From an uncultured archaeon (lineage in GTDB: Archaea > Asgardarchaeota > Lokiarchaeia > Sigyniarchaeales > SOKP01), in NCBI GenBank assembly GCA_964598265.1, contig CAZRBD010000002.1, positions 22,661-64,282 on the forward strand: 41,622 nucleotides of DNA, given 5' to 3'. A program made the translations under genes and the position numbers. The notes under the pieces are model-generated. The model did not search any database and was not told the origin of the DNA. It worked only from the letters and a program-made list of their open reading frames with translations. Positions 7,723 through 17,909 of this stretch are shown piece by piece; within the stretch, counting starts at the first letter, position 1; every line of letters begins with the position of its first letter.

Positions 7723-10700
7723 TCATTTAGGAAGACTGAAGTAAAAAATACTTCCCTTATTTTTCCCCTCTGATTCCATCCAAATTTTCCCTCCATGAGA
7801 TTCCACGATTTTTTTAGAGATATATAAACCTAACCCACTACCATCAATTCCTAAATCAAGACCTTGACCATAACGTTCAATTTTTCCAAATTGTTGAAAG
7901 ATTCTATCTTTCTCTTCTTTTGTGAAACCAATTCCATTATCTTTTATTGAAACAACAATAGAATCATCTAAAGTTTCTGTTTTTATCTCAATACGTCCCT
8001 TTGGTGGAGTATATTTTATTGCATTTGAGAGTAAATTAGTTATAACATCATGGATTTCTTCTTTTTCAACATTTGCATACAACGGGGTATGTATATCTAG
8101 TTTAATTGATTGATTCCTTTTTTCTGCCAAAGATTCTAATTTATGCACGCAAAATTTAATGAGAAATGATAAATCTTCTCGTTCAAATTTTGGTTTAAGT
8201 TCTGTTGATTCTAATCTTGATGTATGTATAAGATCGTTAATAATATTCTGCAATCGTTCACAACCTTGATTAATTTCCCCTAATTTTGATATTATGTCTG
8301 GGTTTAATTCTTCTCTATATAATGTTAAGATAAGATCAGAGAATCCTTTAATTGAAATGAGGGGTGTTTTTAATTCATGAGAAGCCCTTCTAAGAAATTC
8401 AGATTTCATCATGCCTAATTCTCTTAGCTTTTCTTGTGTTTTCTTAAGTTCGGTGATGTCATGTGAAATCCCAAACAGACCTTTTATATTTCCATCTTTA
8501 TCAAACCAAGGTATCTTTGTGGTTAGAACCCATGTTCCTGCAGAGCTTTCTTCCTTATTAATTAATGCTATCCCTGTTTTGATAACTTGAAGATCTTCAC
8601 TATGCGTTATTTTTGCAATCTCTTCTGGAAAAAGTTCTATGTCACTTTTTCCGATAATCTCTTCCATACTTCTCCCGAAGAATTCACAAAAACGCTTGCT
8701 TATATGCTGGAATCTAGCTTTCTTATCCTTAAAGTAAATGAAGTCAGGATGGTTCTCTAAAAGCGTCCGGATGAGATCTCGTTCATGATACAATGTCTCT
8801 TCTGATTGCTTACTCTTAATTGAATTAACGAAAATATTTGCTAAAACGTGAAGTAAATTAACTATATCCTTTGGCCACTCTCTCTCAATGTTTACTTCCC
8901 CATAAAATCCAAGGGTCCCGAATAATTTGTTTTTAAATAGCATGGGAACAAATATTAACGACCGAAAACCATATTCTTTAATCCACTCTCTTTCCCCACT
9001 GGCTTCAGAGGGTATATCATCAAACTGGTTAATAATTACATCTTTTTTCTCTTTAAGTAGTTTTAAATAATATCCAAATTCTTCAGAAGGAATATTTTGG
9101 AGTAAGGCAATCTGAGAATCTTTAGGATCTACACACCATTCGTTAGTATTGGTTACCCTAGTTAAATCTTCAGAATAAATAAATAGTGAACAACGGACGG
9201 CGTTAACAAATTGACCGATCTTATTTAATGCAAGATTAATCAAATCGTTTAAGTTCTCATCAAGTACATTAATAAAATCTAAAGATATAAGAGATATTAA
9301 CCTCTCAAACTCATACCGGGATTTTAATTCTTCTTCTGCTCCCTTGCGCCCAGTTATGTCCTGAACTGTTCCGACTAATTTAATAACTTGTCCACTTTTA
9401 TTCTTAATAGTACGCATTAATGCTGCTAACTGAACAACCATTCCACTAGGTAAATTTGCCTGGAAGTCATAGTCGAATTCTTCCCCAAATTCGAGTGCAC
9501 GGCGTGAATATTCTTTTAATCTTTCACTGGTATCGGGAGTATAGTAAGTTGCTTCTTCTTCTGAGGAAGGAGGCCCCAAAGAAGGATCTCGATCATATAA
9601 TTCGAATACTTGATCGGACCACGTTATCTGTTGGCTGGTAATATCAAACTCCCAATAACCGATTTTTCCTAAAGCTTGAGCTTCTTTTAATCGTCGTTCA
9701 CTATCCTTTAGAGCTTCTTCCGATTTTTTGGCCTCAGTGCAATCTCTAAAACTCCACACTCGTCCTTTAATTTCTGCATCTATAACTAATAGACTAGAGA
9801 ATCGTTCAAAAATTCTTCCATCTTTAAAATAGAGAGCATCAAAATCTTCGCTTGTAGATCTGTAGAGTTGTTTTACTTTTGAAAGAAAAGCTTCTGGGTC
9901 TTTTAGTTGACTTAGTACATAATCCAATAATTTTTGATCATCCCCTTTATCGATTAAATCTTGTGGAATACGCCACATGTCCGCAAATTTGGAATTAGTA
10001 TGAGAAATTTGGCCTTTTTCATCAACAACAAGAATACCGTCAGCAGTAGATTCAAGACTTGCTCTCAAAACTTCTTCAGATTCCTTTAATTTTTGTTCTG
10101 ACATTATTTTTTCGGTAATATCTCTTGTAATACATAAAATTCCCTCATTTACTGGGTAAACACTGACTTCATAATATCCTTTACGTCCATCTGGATGGAT
10201 AAAATCACCCACAATACGTTTTGTCTTTCTTTTATTCATAACATCATTATAAATTTTAAAGAATTGAGTTTTTTCGAAACCCGGAAATAAAACGGTTAAT
10301 TTGTTTCCAATCATTTGATCTACAGACATTTGAACCATTTCAGTTGCGGTTTTATTAATCATTACATAATCCCAATTTTTATCTAAAACGAACACTCCAT
10401 CAGTAATGGATTCAAGTAACATTTTATATTGATCAGAAAGTCTATGATATATTTCCTCTGACTCTTTTAATTTTTGTTCTGCCTTAAGTCGCTCGGTCAG
10501 TTCAACAAAAGTCCCTTCAGAAGAAACGATTTCTCCATTAGAATTCTTAATTAATTTGAAATTCAGTTCCAAAAAGATCTCCTTTCCATCCACTTTTTTA
10601 ACTGGAGCTATATATTTCTTAACGATGCCATTTTTGAAAAGAATCTCTCTAAATTTATTTCTCTCCTCAAAATTTAGCCAATAATCTAAAATCTTAGTGT

Positions 10701-10866
10701 CAATTAAATTTTCTTCCCGATTATAACTAAAAATCTTGTTAAAAGTAAGATTGTGGTTTAATATAGTGCCATCGTTACTAACTTTTACAAATCCAATATC
10801 TAAATCATTAAGTGTGGCTAGTAAATTTTCTTCGGGATTATAATTATCTTTATTTATCGATGCCAA
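7723..10866 (-). CDS. Cytoplasmic multi-PAS/GAF sensor histidine kinase
   Basis: Several PAS repeats ending in RDIT/QDIT/HDIT, a GAF segment, H-box SHELKTPL, N-box NLLSNAIKY, DNGIG and GSGLGL. Confidence 0.95.
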   Translation of the reverse strand: MASINKDNYNPEENLLATLNDLDIGFVKVSNDGTILNHNLTFNKIFSYNREENLIDTKILDYWLNFEERNKFREILFKNGIVKKYIAPVKKVDGKEIFLELNFKLIKNSNGEIVSSEGTFVELTERLKAEQKLKESEEIYHRLSDQYKMLLESITDGVFVLDKNWDYVMINKTATEMVQMSVDQMIGNKLTVLFPGFEKTQFFKIYNDVMNKRKTKRIVGDFIHPDGRKGYYEVSVYPVNEGILCITRDITEKIMSEQKLKESEEVLRASLESTADGILVVDEKGQISHTNSKFADMWRIPQDLIDKGDDQKLLDYVLSQLKDPEAFLSKVKQLYRSTSEDFDALYFKDGRIFERFSSLLVIDAEIKGRVWSFRDCTEAKKSEEALKDSERRLKEAQALGKIGYWEFDITSQQITWSDQVFELYDRDPSLGPPSSEEEATYYTPDTSERLKEYSRRALEFGEEFDYDFQANLPSGMVVQLAALMRTIKNKSGQVIKLVGTVQDITGRKGAEEELKSRYEFERLISLISLDFINVLDENLNDLINLALNKIGQFVNAVRCSLFIYSEDLTRVTNTNEWCVDPKDSQIALLQNIPSEEFGYYLKLLKEKKDVIINQFDDIPSEASGEREWIKEYGFRSLIFVPMLFKNKLFGTLGFYGEVNIEREWPKDIVNLLHVLANIFVNSIKSKQSEETLYHERDLIRTLLENHPDFIYFKDKKARFQHISKRFCEFFGRSMEEIIGKSDIELFPEEIAKITHSEDLQVIKTGIALINKEESSAGTWVLTTKIPWFDKDGNIKGLFGISHDITELKKTQEKLRELGMMKSEFLRRASHELKTPLISIKGFSDLILTLYREELNPDIISKLGEINQGCERLQNIINDLIHTSRLESTELKPKFEREDLSFLIKFCVHKLESLAEKRNQSIKLDIHTPLYANVEKEEIHDVITNLLSNAIKYTPPKGRIEIKTETLDDSIVVSIKDNGIGFTKEEKDRIFQQFGKIERYGQGLDLGIDGSGLGLYISKKIVESHGGKIWMESEGKNKGSIFYFSLPK

Positions 10867-11047
10867 AATTCATCATACTCCTCTAATTTTTGAAGATTTC
10901 GGTTTGTTTGGTTTATTAAATAGAATTTAATAAATATTATTATCTAAAAGGATCTCTGGTTTTATTAACTTTTGTCAAATTGCATGTGTTAGTTTCTTCA
11001 TTAAAATATGATTAAGAAATGAGATTGTCTATAATAAACAAATGTAA

Positions 11048-11161
11048 GAAAAGCTTGTTGTAACCAAATCAAACAATGCAGAAAAAATCGATTTCATAGG
11101 TATTGGAGGAGAAAAAATATTTGATGATGTGGTTAGTTTTATAGTGAAAACTTCCTGCTAA
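11048..11161 (+). pseudogene. Possible C-terminal gene remnant
   Basis: Start-less 37-codon frame EKLVVTKSNNAEKIDFIGIGGEKIFDDVVSFIVKTSC with protein-like composition, preceded in frame by NEIVYNKQM and a stop. Confidence 0.25.
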
Positions 11162-11162
11162 T

Positions 11163-12836
11163 TTATTTGCCATAATATTTTCCAGCTTCTTTTAATTTTT
11201 CTCTCTCTTGCTCCTCAAGCTGTTTAAAATCAATTTTTCCAACTAGGGTTTTAGGTAATTCTTTACTAAATTCAATCTCTCTTGGACAGCTCCATTTCAA
11301 TAAATGTTCTTGACAAAATTTAATCAAATTTTCTGCCAAAGTTAGACTTTCCTTCTTAGGATCTTTTAAAATGACAAAAGCTTTTACTATTTGACCTTGT
11401 TTTTCATCAGGCACACCGATAACACAAGGTTCTAGAACATCTGGGTGTTTATAGAGAATATCTTCTACTTGTGTAGGATAAACATTAAAGCCTGAAGATT
11501 TTATCATTCGTTTTAGTCGAAGTTTGAAATAAAAGAATCCATCCTTATCCATAGTAGCAATATCCCCCGTATGTAACCAAATCTTTCCATCATCATGCTT
11601 TTTAAGTGTTTTTGCTGTTTCTTCAGGTTTATTTAAGTATCCCAACATAACAGCAGGGCCATGAATACACAGTTCACCTTCTTTACCAATTGAAGCTTCA
11701 TTATTAGTTCCAATTTCTACTACTTTCATCATCATATCTGACATTGGAATGCCGATGCTCCTCTCCCTATATTCGCCCAGTGGCATTGCGCAAATTCCTG
11801 TAACAGCTTCCGTTAATCCGTATCCCTCACGAAGTTGAACGTCAGAACCATTATTCTTGCATATTTCTTCAAATTTTTCCTTTGTAGTGCGAGGTAATGT
11901 ATCAGCTCCACAAAAGGCTGCTTTTAAGAAACTTAAGTCGGTTTTCTGAAACTTTTGGTTTCTGTTAAGGGCTTCGTATAAGGTAGGCACTCCAAATAGT
12001 AAGGTAGGCTTTTTATTTTTAATTAAATCAGCAACTTGATCTGGAGTAAATGATGGAACCAGGATACTTTTTCCTCCTCCCATGAAAATAGCATTAACAC
12101 AAACTCCTAATCCAAACCCGTGAAAAATCGGTAATATTGCGAGTGAAGAATCTTTATCTGATAAATCCATCCACGTAGCGACTTGTGTTCCTTCTGTTAT
12201 AAAGTTGTAATTTGAAAGCATGATTCCTTTAGGTACCCCTGTAGTTCCTCCGGAATATAAAATAACTGCCAATTCATCGGGATCCATCTCAAATTCGGGT
12301 ATTTCTAGATATGATTTTGCCATAATATCTTTCCACCAGAATATTTGCTTAGTATCGGCTACATCAACTACATCTTGACTGAACTGAGTTAGAATTAATG
12401 CTTTAAGATTTGTGTTCCCTAAGATTTGCTTGAAATTAGGATAAACTTTATCAATTGTAAGAGCAAAAGTACTTTCACTAAGATTTAAAAAGAATTCTAT
12501 TTGTTTAGGAGGACTTAGTGGATGAATCATGCTAGCAATAGCTCCAATCTTATTTACGGCATAAAAACAAATAACACCTTGGGGTGAAGTTGGCATAGAT
12601 ATTGTCATTCGATCCCCGTTTTTCAGTCCTAAATTAGCTAAAGCTCTGGCGCATTGATCAATTTGTTCAATCATCTCTTTATACGTAGATTCCTGACTCA
12701 TAAAATCATAGGCTATAGAATTCGGATACTTTTCTGCAGTTTTTACTACTGTTTTATACATTGTAGTCCGGGGATAATCAATAATTTCAGGAACATGGTC
12801 GTCATAGAACTCCAACCATGGTTTTTTTTCATACAT
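11163..12836 (-). CDS. fadD: Long-chain fatty acid-CoA ligase (AMP-binding family)
   Basis: YSGGTTGVPKG, EGYGLTE, WLHTGD and LPKTLVGK motifs. Confidence 0.92.
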   Translation of the reverse strand: MYEKKPWLEFYDDHVPEIIDYPRTTMYKTVVKTAEKYPNSIAYDFMSQESTYKEMIEQIDQCARALANLGLKNGDRMTISMPTSPQGVICFYAVNKIGAIASMIHPLSPPKQIEFFLNLSESTFALTIDKVYPNFKQILGNTNLKALILTQFSQDVVDVADTKQIFWWKDIMAKSYLEIPEFEMDPDELAVILYSGGTTGVPKGIMLSNYNFITEGTQVATWMDLSDKDSSLAILPIFHGFGLGVCVNAIFMGGGKSILVPSFTPDQVADLIKNKKPTLLFGVPTLYEALNRNQKFQKTDLSFLKAAFCGADTLPRTTKEKFEEICKNNGSDVQLREGYGLTEAVTGICAMPLGEYRERSIGIPMSDMMMKVVEIGTNNEASIGKEGELCIHGPAVMLGYLNKPEETAKTLKKHDDGKIWLHTGDIATMDKDGFFYFKLRLKRMIKSSGFNVYPTQVEDILYKHPDVLEPCVIGVPDEKQGQIVKAFVILKDPKKESLTLAENLIKFCQEHLLKWSCPREIEFSKELPKTLVGKIDFKQLEEQEREKLKEAGKYYGK

Positions 12837-12954
12837 TATTTTTCCTTTAGAATTTTTAACTTTAGAATTTGAGTATAAAGTGATTTAATGGCTTATAATA
12901 ACTTATAAAAATCACTTAAAAGAAAATATATTAAGGTAAATTAAAAATATTGTC

Positions 12955-13503
12955 TTAATTTTTCCTTCTCCTTTTGTATAAAATAAGAATTAATCCTACT
13001 GAGATAGTTAGTGTAACCAAAAGGAATTCAATTTGAAAACCCGGAATAATTGGCAGATAATATCTTGTTAAATCCTTATCTAATGTATGGGTTCCATTAG
13101 TTATAGTACTTGTTAAAGTAAAAGTATCTGGACCACCGTCGACAAGAATAATTTCAATATAGTAGATTTTTGGGTTTGGACCAGGAGCTGTATAATTAAT
13201 ATATGGATCATCATCAAGGCTATATTTAACAGTTGAGGGATTGCTGAAAATTTCATTATTTAAAGACTTATCCTCCTTGACATTCGATTCAGTGGGTCGC
13301 TCATTAAACAGAAATAGAGTAAAATTACCATCCCCCTCATGCGTTACATTGAATTCTACATTAATATCTTCGTCCAAATCAAGAAGAAAGAATACAAAAT
13401 TTCCATCTTTTATATAATCAATGTATGAAAACGCTGTAGCATTAATTATCGGAAATAAAAGGAATACTAATACTCCTAGAAGGGTGATCTTTTTGAATTT
13501 CAT
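12955..13503 (-). CDS. Secreted/surface protein with signal peptide and PGF-type C-terminal sorting signal
   Basis: N-terminal MKFKK plus hydrophobic helix; C-terminal IPGF, TM helix and KRRRKN. Confidence 0.8.
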   Translation of the reverse strand: MKFKKITLLGVLVFLLFPIINATAFSYIDYIKDGNFVFFLLDLDEDINVEFNVTHEGDGNFTLFLFNERPTESNVKEDKSLNNEIFSNPSTVKYSLDDDPYINYTAPGPNPKIYYIEIILVDGGPDTFTLTSTITNGTHTLDKDLTRYYLPIIPGFQIEFLLVTLTISVGLILILYKRRRKN

Positions 13504-13749
13504 ATCCAGTAATAAAATTTGATCTATTTTAAAATAGATATGATAAATTTCATTTTAAAATTTGTCATTTTTTTTAGTAAATTCTATAAAGATATTCGTT
13601 AAAGATCAGCTTAAACATTGAAATTGAAGCGAATTGTAATTAAATTTAATCATGCTCTTTTTGTAGTAGAATTATAAACTTACTACCTTCCACATGATAA
13701 AATTAGGAGAATTAAAAGAATTTAATAAAAGTGGTCATAAGATACATAT

Positions 13750-14631
13750 ATGGATGAGTTTTTTTTTGAGAATTTAGATTTTGGAAAATATCATGGCTTA
13801 GGAAATGATTATATAATAATTAATGATATTAAATGGTCAATTCCAGAAGAAAAAAAATCAAAACTAGCTATTAAACTGTGTAAATTTCATTTTTCTATAG
13901 GTGCTGACGGATTGATTTATGTAAGTGCTTCTGATAAGGGCGATATTGGAATGAGAATATTTAACAATGATGGTTTAGAAGCAGAAATGTGTGGAAATGG
14001 AATCAGATGTTTTTCAAAATATGTGTATGAAAACAATATTGTTAAAAAAGAAGAGATAAAGATTGAAACACTTAAGGGAATCATGGTTTCTAAATTAAAT
14101 ATAGTTGATGAGATTGTAAAATCCGTAGAAATCGATATGGGACCACCAATTTTGAAATGTGAACAGGTTCCCGTTATTTTAGATAGTCCTGTAGATCGCT
14201 GCGTTAATGAATCTTTAGTAATATTAGACAAGATTTTTAATTTCACGGCAGTTTCAATGGGAAATCCGCATGCAGTTATTTTTATTAAAAATCAGATTAA
14301 TGATGATAAATTAAATATGTATGGGGCTACAATAGAATCTCATGAGATTTTTCCAAATAAGGTTAACGTGGAATTTGTTACAGTTATTTCAGATGAGGAA
14401 GCAATAGTAAGAGTATTTGAAAGGGGCGTGGGTATTACTAATTCATGTGGAACAGGAGCTTGTGCTTCAGTCGTAGCAGGTGTGATATTGGGCATATTTA
14501 AAGAAAAATCACCAATTAAAATTCATAACGATGGAGGAGATCTTATAATAACATATACGGGGAGAAGAGTATTTATGAAGGGACCAATAGTAAAAGTGTT
14601 TGAAGGGATCCTAGAAAAAATAGAGATTTGA
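13750..14631 (+). CDS. dapF: Diaminopimelate epimerase
   Basis: KYHGLGNDY, EMCGNGIRC, SMGNPHAV and ERGVGITNSCGTG. Confidence 0.97.
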   Translation: MDEFFFENLDFGKYHGLGNDYIIINDIKWSIPEEKKSKLAIKLCKFHFSIGADGLIYVSASDKGDIGMRIFNNDGLEAEMCGNGIRCFSKYVYENNIVKKEEIKIETLKGIMVSKLNIVDEIVKSVEIDMGPPILKCEQVPVILDSPVDRCVNESLVILDKIFNFTAVSMGNPHAVIFIKNQINDDKLNMYGATIESHEIFPNKVNVEFVTVISDEEAIVRVFERGVGITNSCGTGACASVVAGVILGIFKEKSPIKIHNDGGDLIITYTGRRVFMKGPIVKVFEGILEKIEI

Positions 14632-14644
14632 GAGTTATTATAGT

Positions 14645-15961
14645 ATGAAGTATAAGGATTGGTTAATTTACAAAGATTTAGAATTTAGACAAGGAGTATT
14701 ACACTTCGCTAATCTAAACACAATAGAGCTTGCTGAAAAATTTGGCACTCCAATTTATATAATAAATGAACAATTAATTCGAAAGAGATATAAAAAATTA
14801 AAAAAATTCTTAGATTCAATATACAAACGGAATAAAATTTACTTTGCTGTGAAATCTAACTCAAATTTGTCAGTGTTAAAAATCCTAATTTCTGAAGGTT
14901 CCAATTTTGACTGCTCTTCCATGGGAGAGATTTTTACATGTTTAAAGTCGGGGATTCCTCCAGATCGTATAATTTATACAGGAAATATGTTTACTAATTA
15001 CGATTTCGAATACTCCATTGATAACGGGATTTTGATTAATTTAGATAGTTACAGTCAATTAATGCGCTTAGCGTCAATTTATGAAAAAAAAGGAAAAGAG
15101 AAGGATATTTTATCATTTAGATTTAATCCGGAATTTGGAGCTGGGCATCATCCTCATACAATAACGGCAGGTAGGGAAATTAAGTTTGGAATTCTTGAGC
15201 CCCAATTAGTAAAAGCCTATTCAAAAGCAATTGAGTTAGGTTTTAAAAGATTCGGTATTCACCAGCATATTGGGTCTGGTATAATAGATGCAATGGATTT
15301 TGAAAAGCCCACCGAGAAATTTTTATCAATAATAGAGAAAGTTGTAGAATCTCTAGGAATTCAATTTGAATTTATTGATTTTGGAGGAGGAATAGGGATT
15401 CCTTATCATCCTAAAGAAGATCCAATGGATTTAAACAAATTTAATGAAATTGTGCTTACAAAATTCATAGATTTAATTGAAACAGGAGATCTAGGAACCC
15501 CTCTTCTCTTTTTTGAACCTGGACGTTATATTACTGCAGAATCAAGCATTATTTTAACTCAAATCAATACCATCAAAGATAATGGTTTCAAAAAGTTTGC
15601 TGGCATAGATGCGGGTTTTAATACATTAATCCGTCCTACTATGTATGGTTCTTATCATCATATAGTTACCTGTAATGAAAATGTTAAAGGAAAAAATTTA
15701 AAATATGATATTGTCGGACCAATTTGCGAATCTGGAGATGTATTTGGAAAAGGAAGGGAATTTACTGAATTGTATGAAAGAGATTATCTTGCTATATTAG
15801 ACGCTGGGGCTTACGGTTTCACAATGAGCAGCCCGTATAATTCAAGACCAAGGCCTGGTGAGATTTTAGTAAATGATGGAAATTTATATAAAGTCCGGAC
15901 CAAAGAGACATTTGAAGATCTGTTAAAAAATCAAGTTATCCCTAACCATCTAAAATCTTGA
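14645..15961 (+). CDS. lysA: Diaminopimelate decarboxylase
   Basis: FAVKSN (PLP Lys), HIGSGI, DFGGG, EPGRY, GPICESGD and YNSRPR. Confidence 0.96.
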   Translation: MKYKDWLIYKDLEFRQGVLHFANLNTIELAEKFGTPIYIINEQLIRKRYKKLKKFLDSIYKRNKIYFAVKSNSNLSVLKILISEGSNFDCSSMGEIFTCLKSGIPPDRIIYTGNMFTNYDFEYSIDNGILINLDSYSQLMRLASIYEKKGKEKDILSFRFNPEFGAGHHPHTITAGREIKFGILEPQLVKAYSKAIELGFKRFGIHQHIGSGIIDAMDFEKPTEKFLSIIEKVVESLGIQFEFIDFGGGIGIPYHPKEDPMDLNKFNEIVLTKFIDLIETGDLGTPLLFFEPGRYITAESSIILTQINTIKDNGFKKFAGIDAGFNTLIRPTMYGSYHHIVTCNENVKGKNLKYDIVGPICESGDVFGKGREFTELYERDYLAILDAGAYGFTMSSPYNSRPRPGEILVNDGNLYKVRTKETFEDLLKNQVIPNHLKS

Positions 15962-16028
15962 ATTTTGCTTTGAATAAAATTAAAAATACATGTCTACTAT
16001 TACTATATGAGATAAAATTATAGAATGT

Positions 16029-16147
16029 GAGATAATTAAGGCTTGGATACCCTTTAATTCTCTCGATGAGGTGTTGGCATTATGAAATCTAAAATTAGTC
16101 TTAGAACTAAAAGGATTAATGATAATACTGATCTGCCCTGATTTTTT
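16029..16147 (+). ncRNA. Box C/D 2'-O-methylation guide sRNA (double guide) with a 5' hairpin
   Basis: Box C TCGATGA 16063-16069, 12-nt guide, D' ATGA 16082-16085, hairpin, C' ATGATAA 16119-16125, 12-nt guide TACTGATCTGCC, D CTGA 16138-16141, then a T-run. The D guide is complementary to the archaeal SSU rRNA segment GGCAGGUCAGUA (recalled consensus). Confidence 0.8.
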
Positions 16148-16164
16148 ATAATTTTATCTTATTC

Positions 16165-16989
16165 TTAATTTAGTCCCAGAACTTCACTTGTAGAATATAT
16201 CTTATATAATTTAGCATCCACAATGAATTTGATCGCTTTAATTGAACCATCAGCAAAACATTCTCTATTATGAGCTTGATGTTTCAATTCGATTCTTTCT
16301 CCCGGCCCAGCGTATAATACTGTATGATCTCCCACGATATCTCCCGCACGAATAGAGTGAATTCCAATTTCACTTTTCGCTCCAACTGAACGTTTATTAG
16401 GACCTCTACTACGACCAAATTTAGCAATTTTTTCAAAATCTGAATCAAGTTCTTTACTTATGAGTTGTCCTATTTTTAATGCGGTTCCACTTGGAGCATC
16501 TACTTTTCGATGATGATGTGTTTCTAATATTTCTATATCCCATTCTGCTAAATATTTAGTTAAAATTGAAACTATCTTAAAAAAAACATTCACTCCTGTT
16601 GACATATTCGGTGAAATCACAGCAGGTGCCTTATTTTTTTTCACATGTCTCTCAAACTGCGTTAGAAAATCTTGAGACAACGCGGTCGTTCCAATGACAC
16701 ATCTTAACCCATTTTCTACACAAATTATACAGTTTTTTTCTGTTGCTGGCGCTATGGTAAAGTCTACAACTACCTCTGGATGAGTATTAGTAATAATTTC
16801 ATTAAGATTGTTTATATCACTAATTTTTATTTTGTTTGGATCAAGAGTACCTAATAAAAGTCCAAGCTCTTCACTAACGTGAGAAACGTCACAAGCAGCT
16901 ACAACCTTAATATCCCTATCTTCTAAAGCTATCTTACTAATCAACCTTCCCATCGACCCTGTAGGTCCTAAAATTAATAGTCTAATCAC
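16165..16989 (-). CDS. dapB: 4-hydroxy-tetrahydrodipicolinate reductase
   Basis: GPTGSMG, VDFT, VIGTT, ETHHHRKVDAPSGTA and RAGDIVGDH. Confidence 0.97.
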   Translation of the reverse strand: MIRLLILGPTGSMGRLISKIALEDRDIKVVAACDVSHVSEELGLLLGTLDPNKIKISDINNLNEIITNTHPEVVVDFTIAPATEKNCIICVENGLRCVIGTTALSQDFLTQFERHVKKNKAPAVISPNMSTGVNVFFKIVSILTKYLAEWDIEILETHHHRKVDAPSGTALKIGQLISKELDSDFEKIAKFGRSRGPNKRSVGAKSEIGIHSIRAGDIVGDHTVLYAGPGERIELKHQAHNRECFADGSIKAIKFIVDAKLYKIYSTSEVLGLN

Positions 16990-17009
16990 TTAAAATCCTC
17001 CAAGGTTAA

Positions 17010-17909
17010 TCATATCAATTGTAAATTACTCAGAACTTCTTTTATTTTCGTCTGGTTCTCTATTAATGGTGGAGTCAGGGGAAGTCTCATTCTGATATTC
17101 ATCAATCCCATAATTTCAGCAGCAAATTTCACTGGTCCCGGATTTGATTCAATAAACAGAACCTTGAACAAATTATACAATTTTAAATGCATTTCCCTGG
17201 CTTTCTCCCATTCGTTCTTAAGCATGCTATTTGTAAATTCCACTAATTGTGCCGGAATAATGTTGGAGGCAACGCTTACAACCCCCATTCCGCCAAGAGC
17301 CATGATATGATAAGTCATACTATCATCGCCGCTTAAAACGATAAAATCATCTGGAGTAGTTTTAATTATTTTTGTAATTTGATCAATGTTTCCACTGGCG
17401 CATTTAACACCAATAATATTATCTTTTGAATATGCTAATTTTGAGATTGTTTCCGGCTCTAGATTTCTCCCAGTGCGACTTGGCACATTATATAAAATTA
17501 TTGGTAATGAAACGGAGTCGGCAATTGTAGAGAAGTGATCAATTAATGAGTGTTGAACAGGTTTATTGTAATAGGGTACCACAATCAAAAGTCCATCAGC
17601 TCCAGCTTTTTCAGCATATTGAGATAATGAAACCGCTTCTTTAGTAGAATTACTTCCAGCTCCAGCTAATACAAATGGATCTTTCTTACTCTTTTTAGCC
17701 TCATCAACAGCAATATCTGTTGCAACATGTTGTTCTTCATGGGACATGGTTGCACTTTCACCTGTTGTGCCCATTGTTAAGATCTGACAACCATTATCGA
17801 TTTGAAATCGTATAAATTCGCGGTATTTCATTTCATCTAAAGATAAATCTTCTTTAAACGGAGTTATCATAGCTGTAATTACATTTTTTAATTTTTCAAT
17901 ACCAGGCAT
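17010..17909 (-). CDS. dapA: 4-hydroxy-tetrahydrodipicolinate synthase
   Basis: GTTGES, PYYNKP, LYNVPSRTG, IIGVK, SGDD and ESNPGPVK. Confidence 0.97.
   Translation of the reverse strand: MPGIEKLKNVITAMITPFKEDLSLDEMKYREFIRFQIDNGCQILTMGTTGESATMSHEEQHVATDIAVDEAKKSKKDPFVLAGAGSNSTKEAVSLSQYAEKAGADGLLIVVPYYNKPVQHSLIDHFSTIADSVSLPIILYNVPSRTGRNLEPETISKLAYSKDNIIGVKCASGNIDQITKIIKTTPDDFIVLSGDDSMTYHIMALGGMGVVSVASNIIPAQLVEFTNSMLKNEWEKAREMHLKLYNLFKVLFIESNPGPVKFAAEIMGLMNIRMRLPLTPPLIENQTKIKEVLSNLQLI

Noticed and set aside
16063-16141. Lysine riboswitch or SECIS next to lysA
   Set aside because: It lies downstream of convergent genes and lacks the multi-helix junction. The box C/D layout with an rRNA-complementary guide explains it better.
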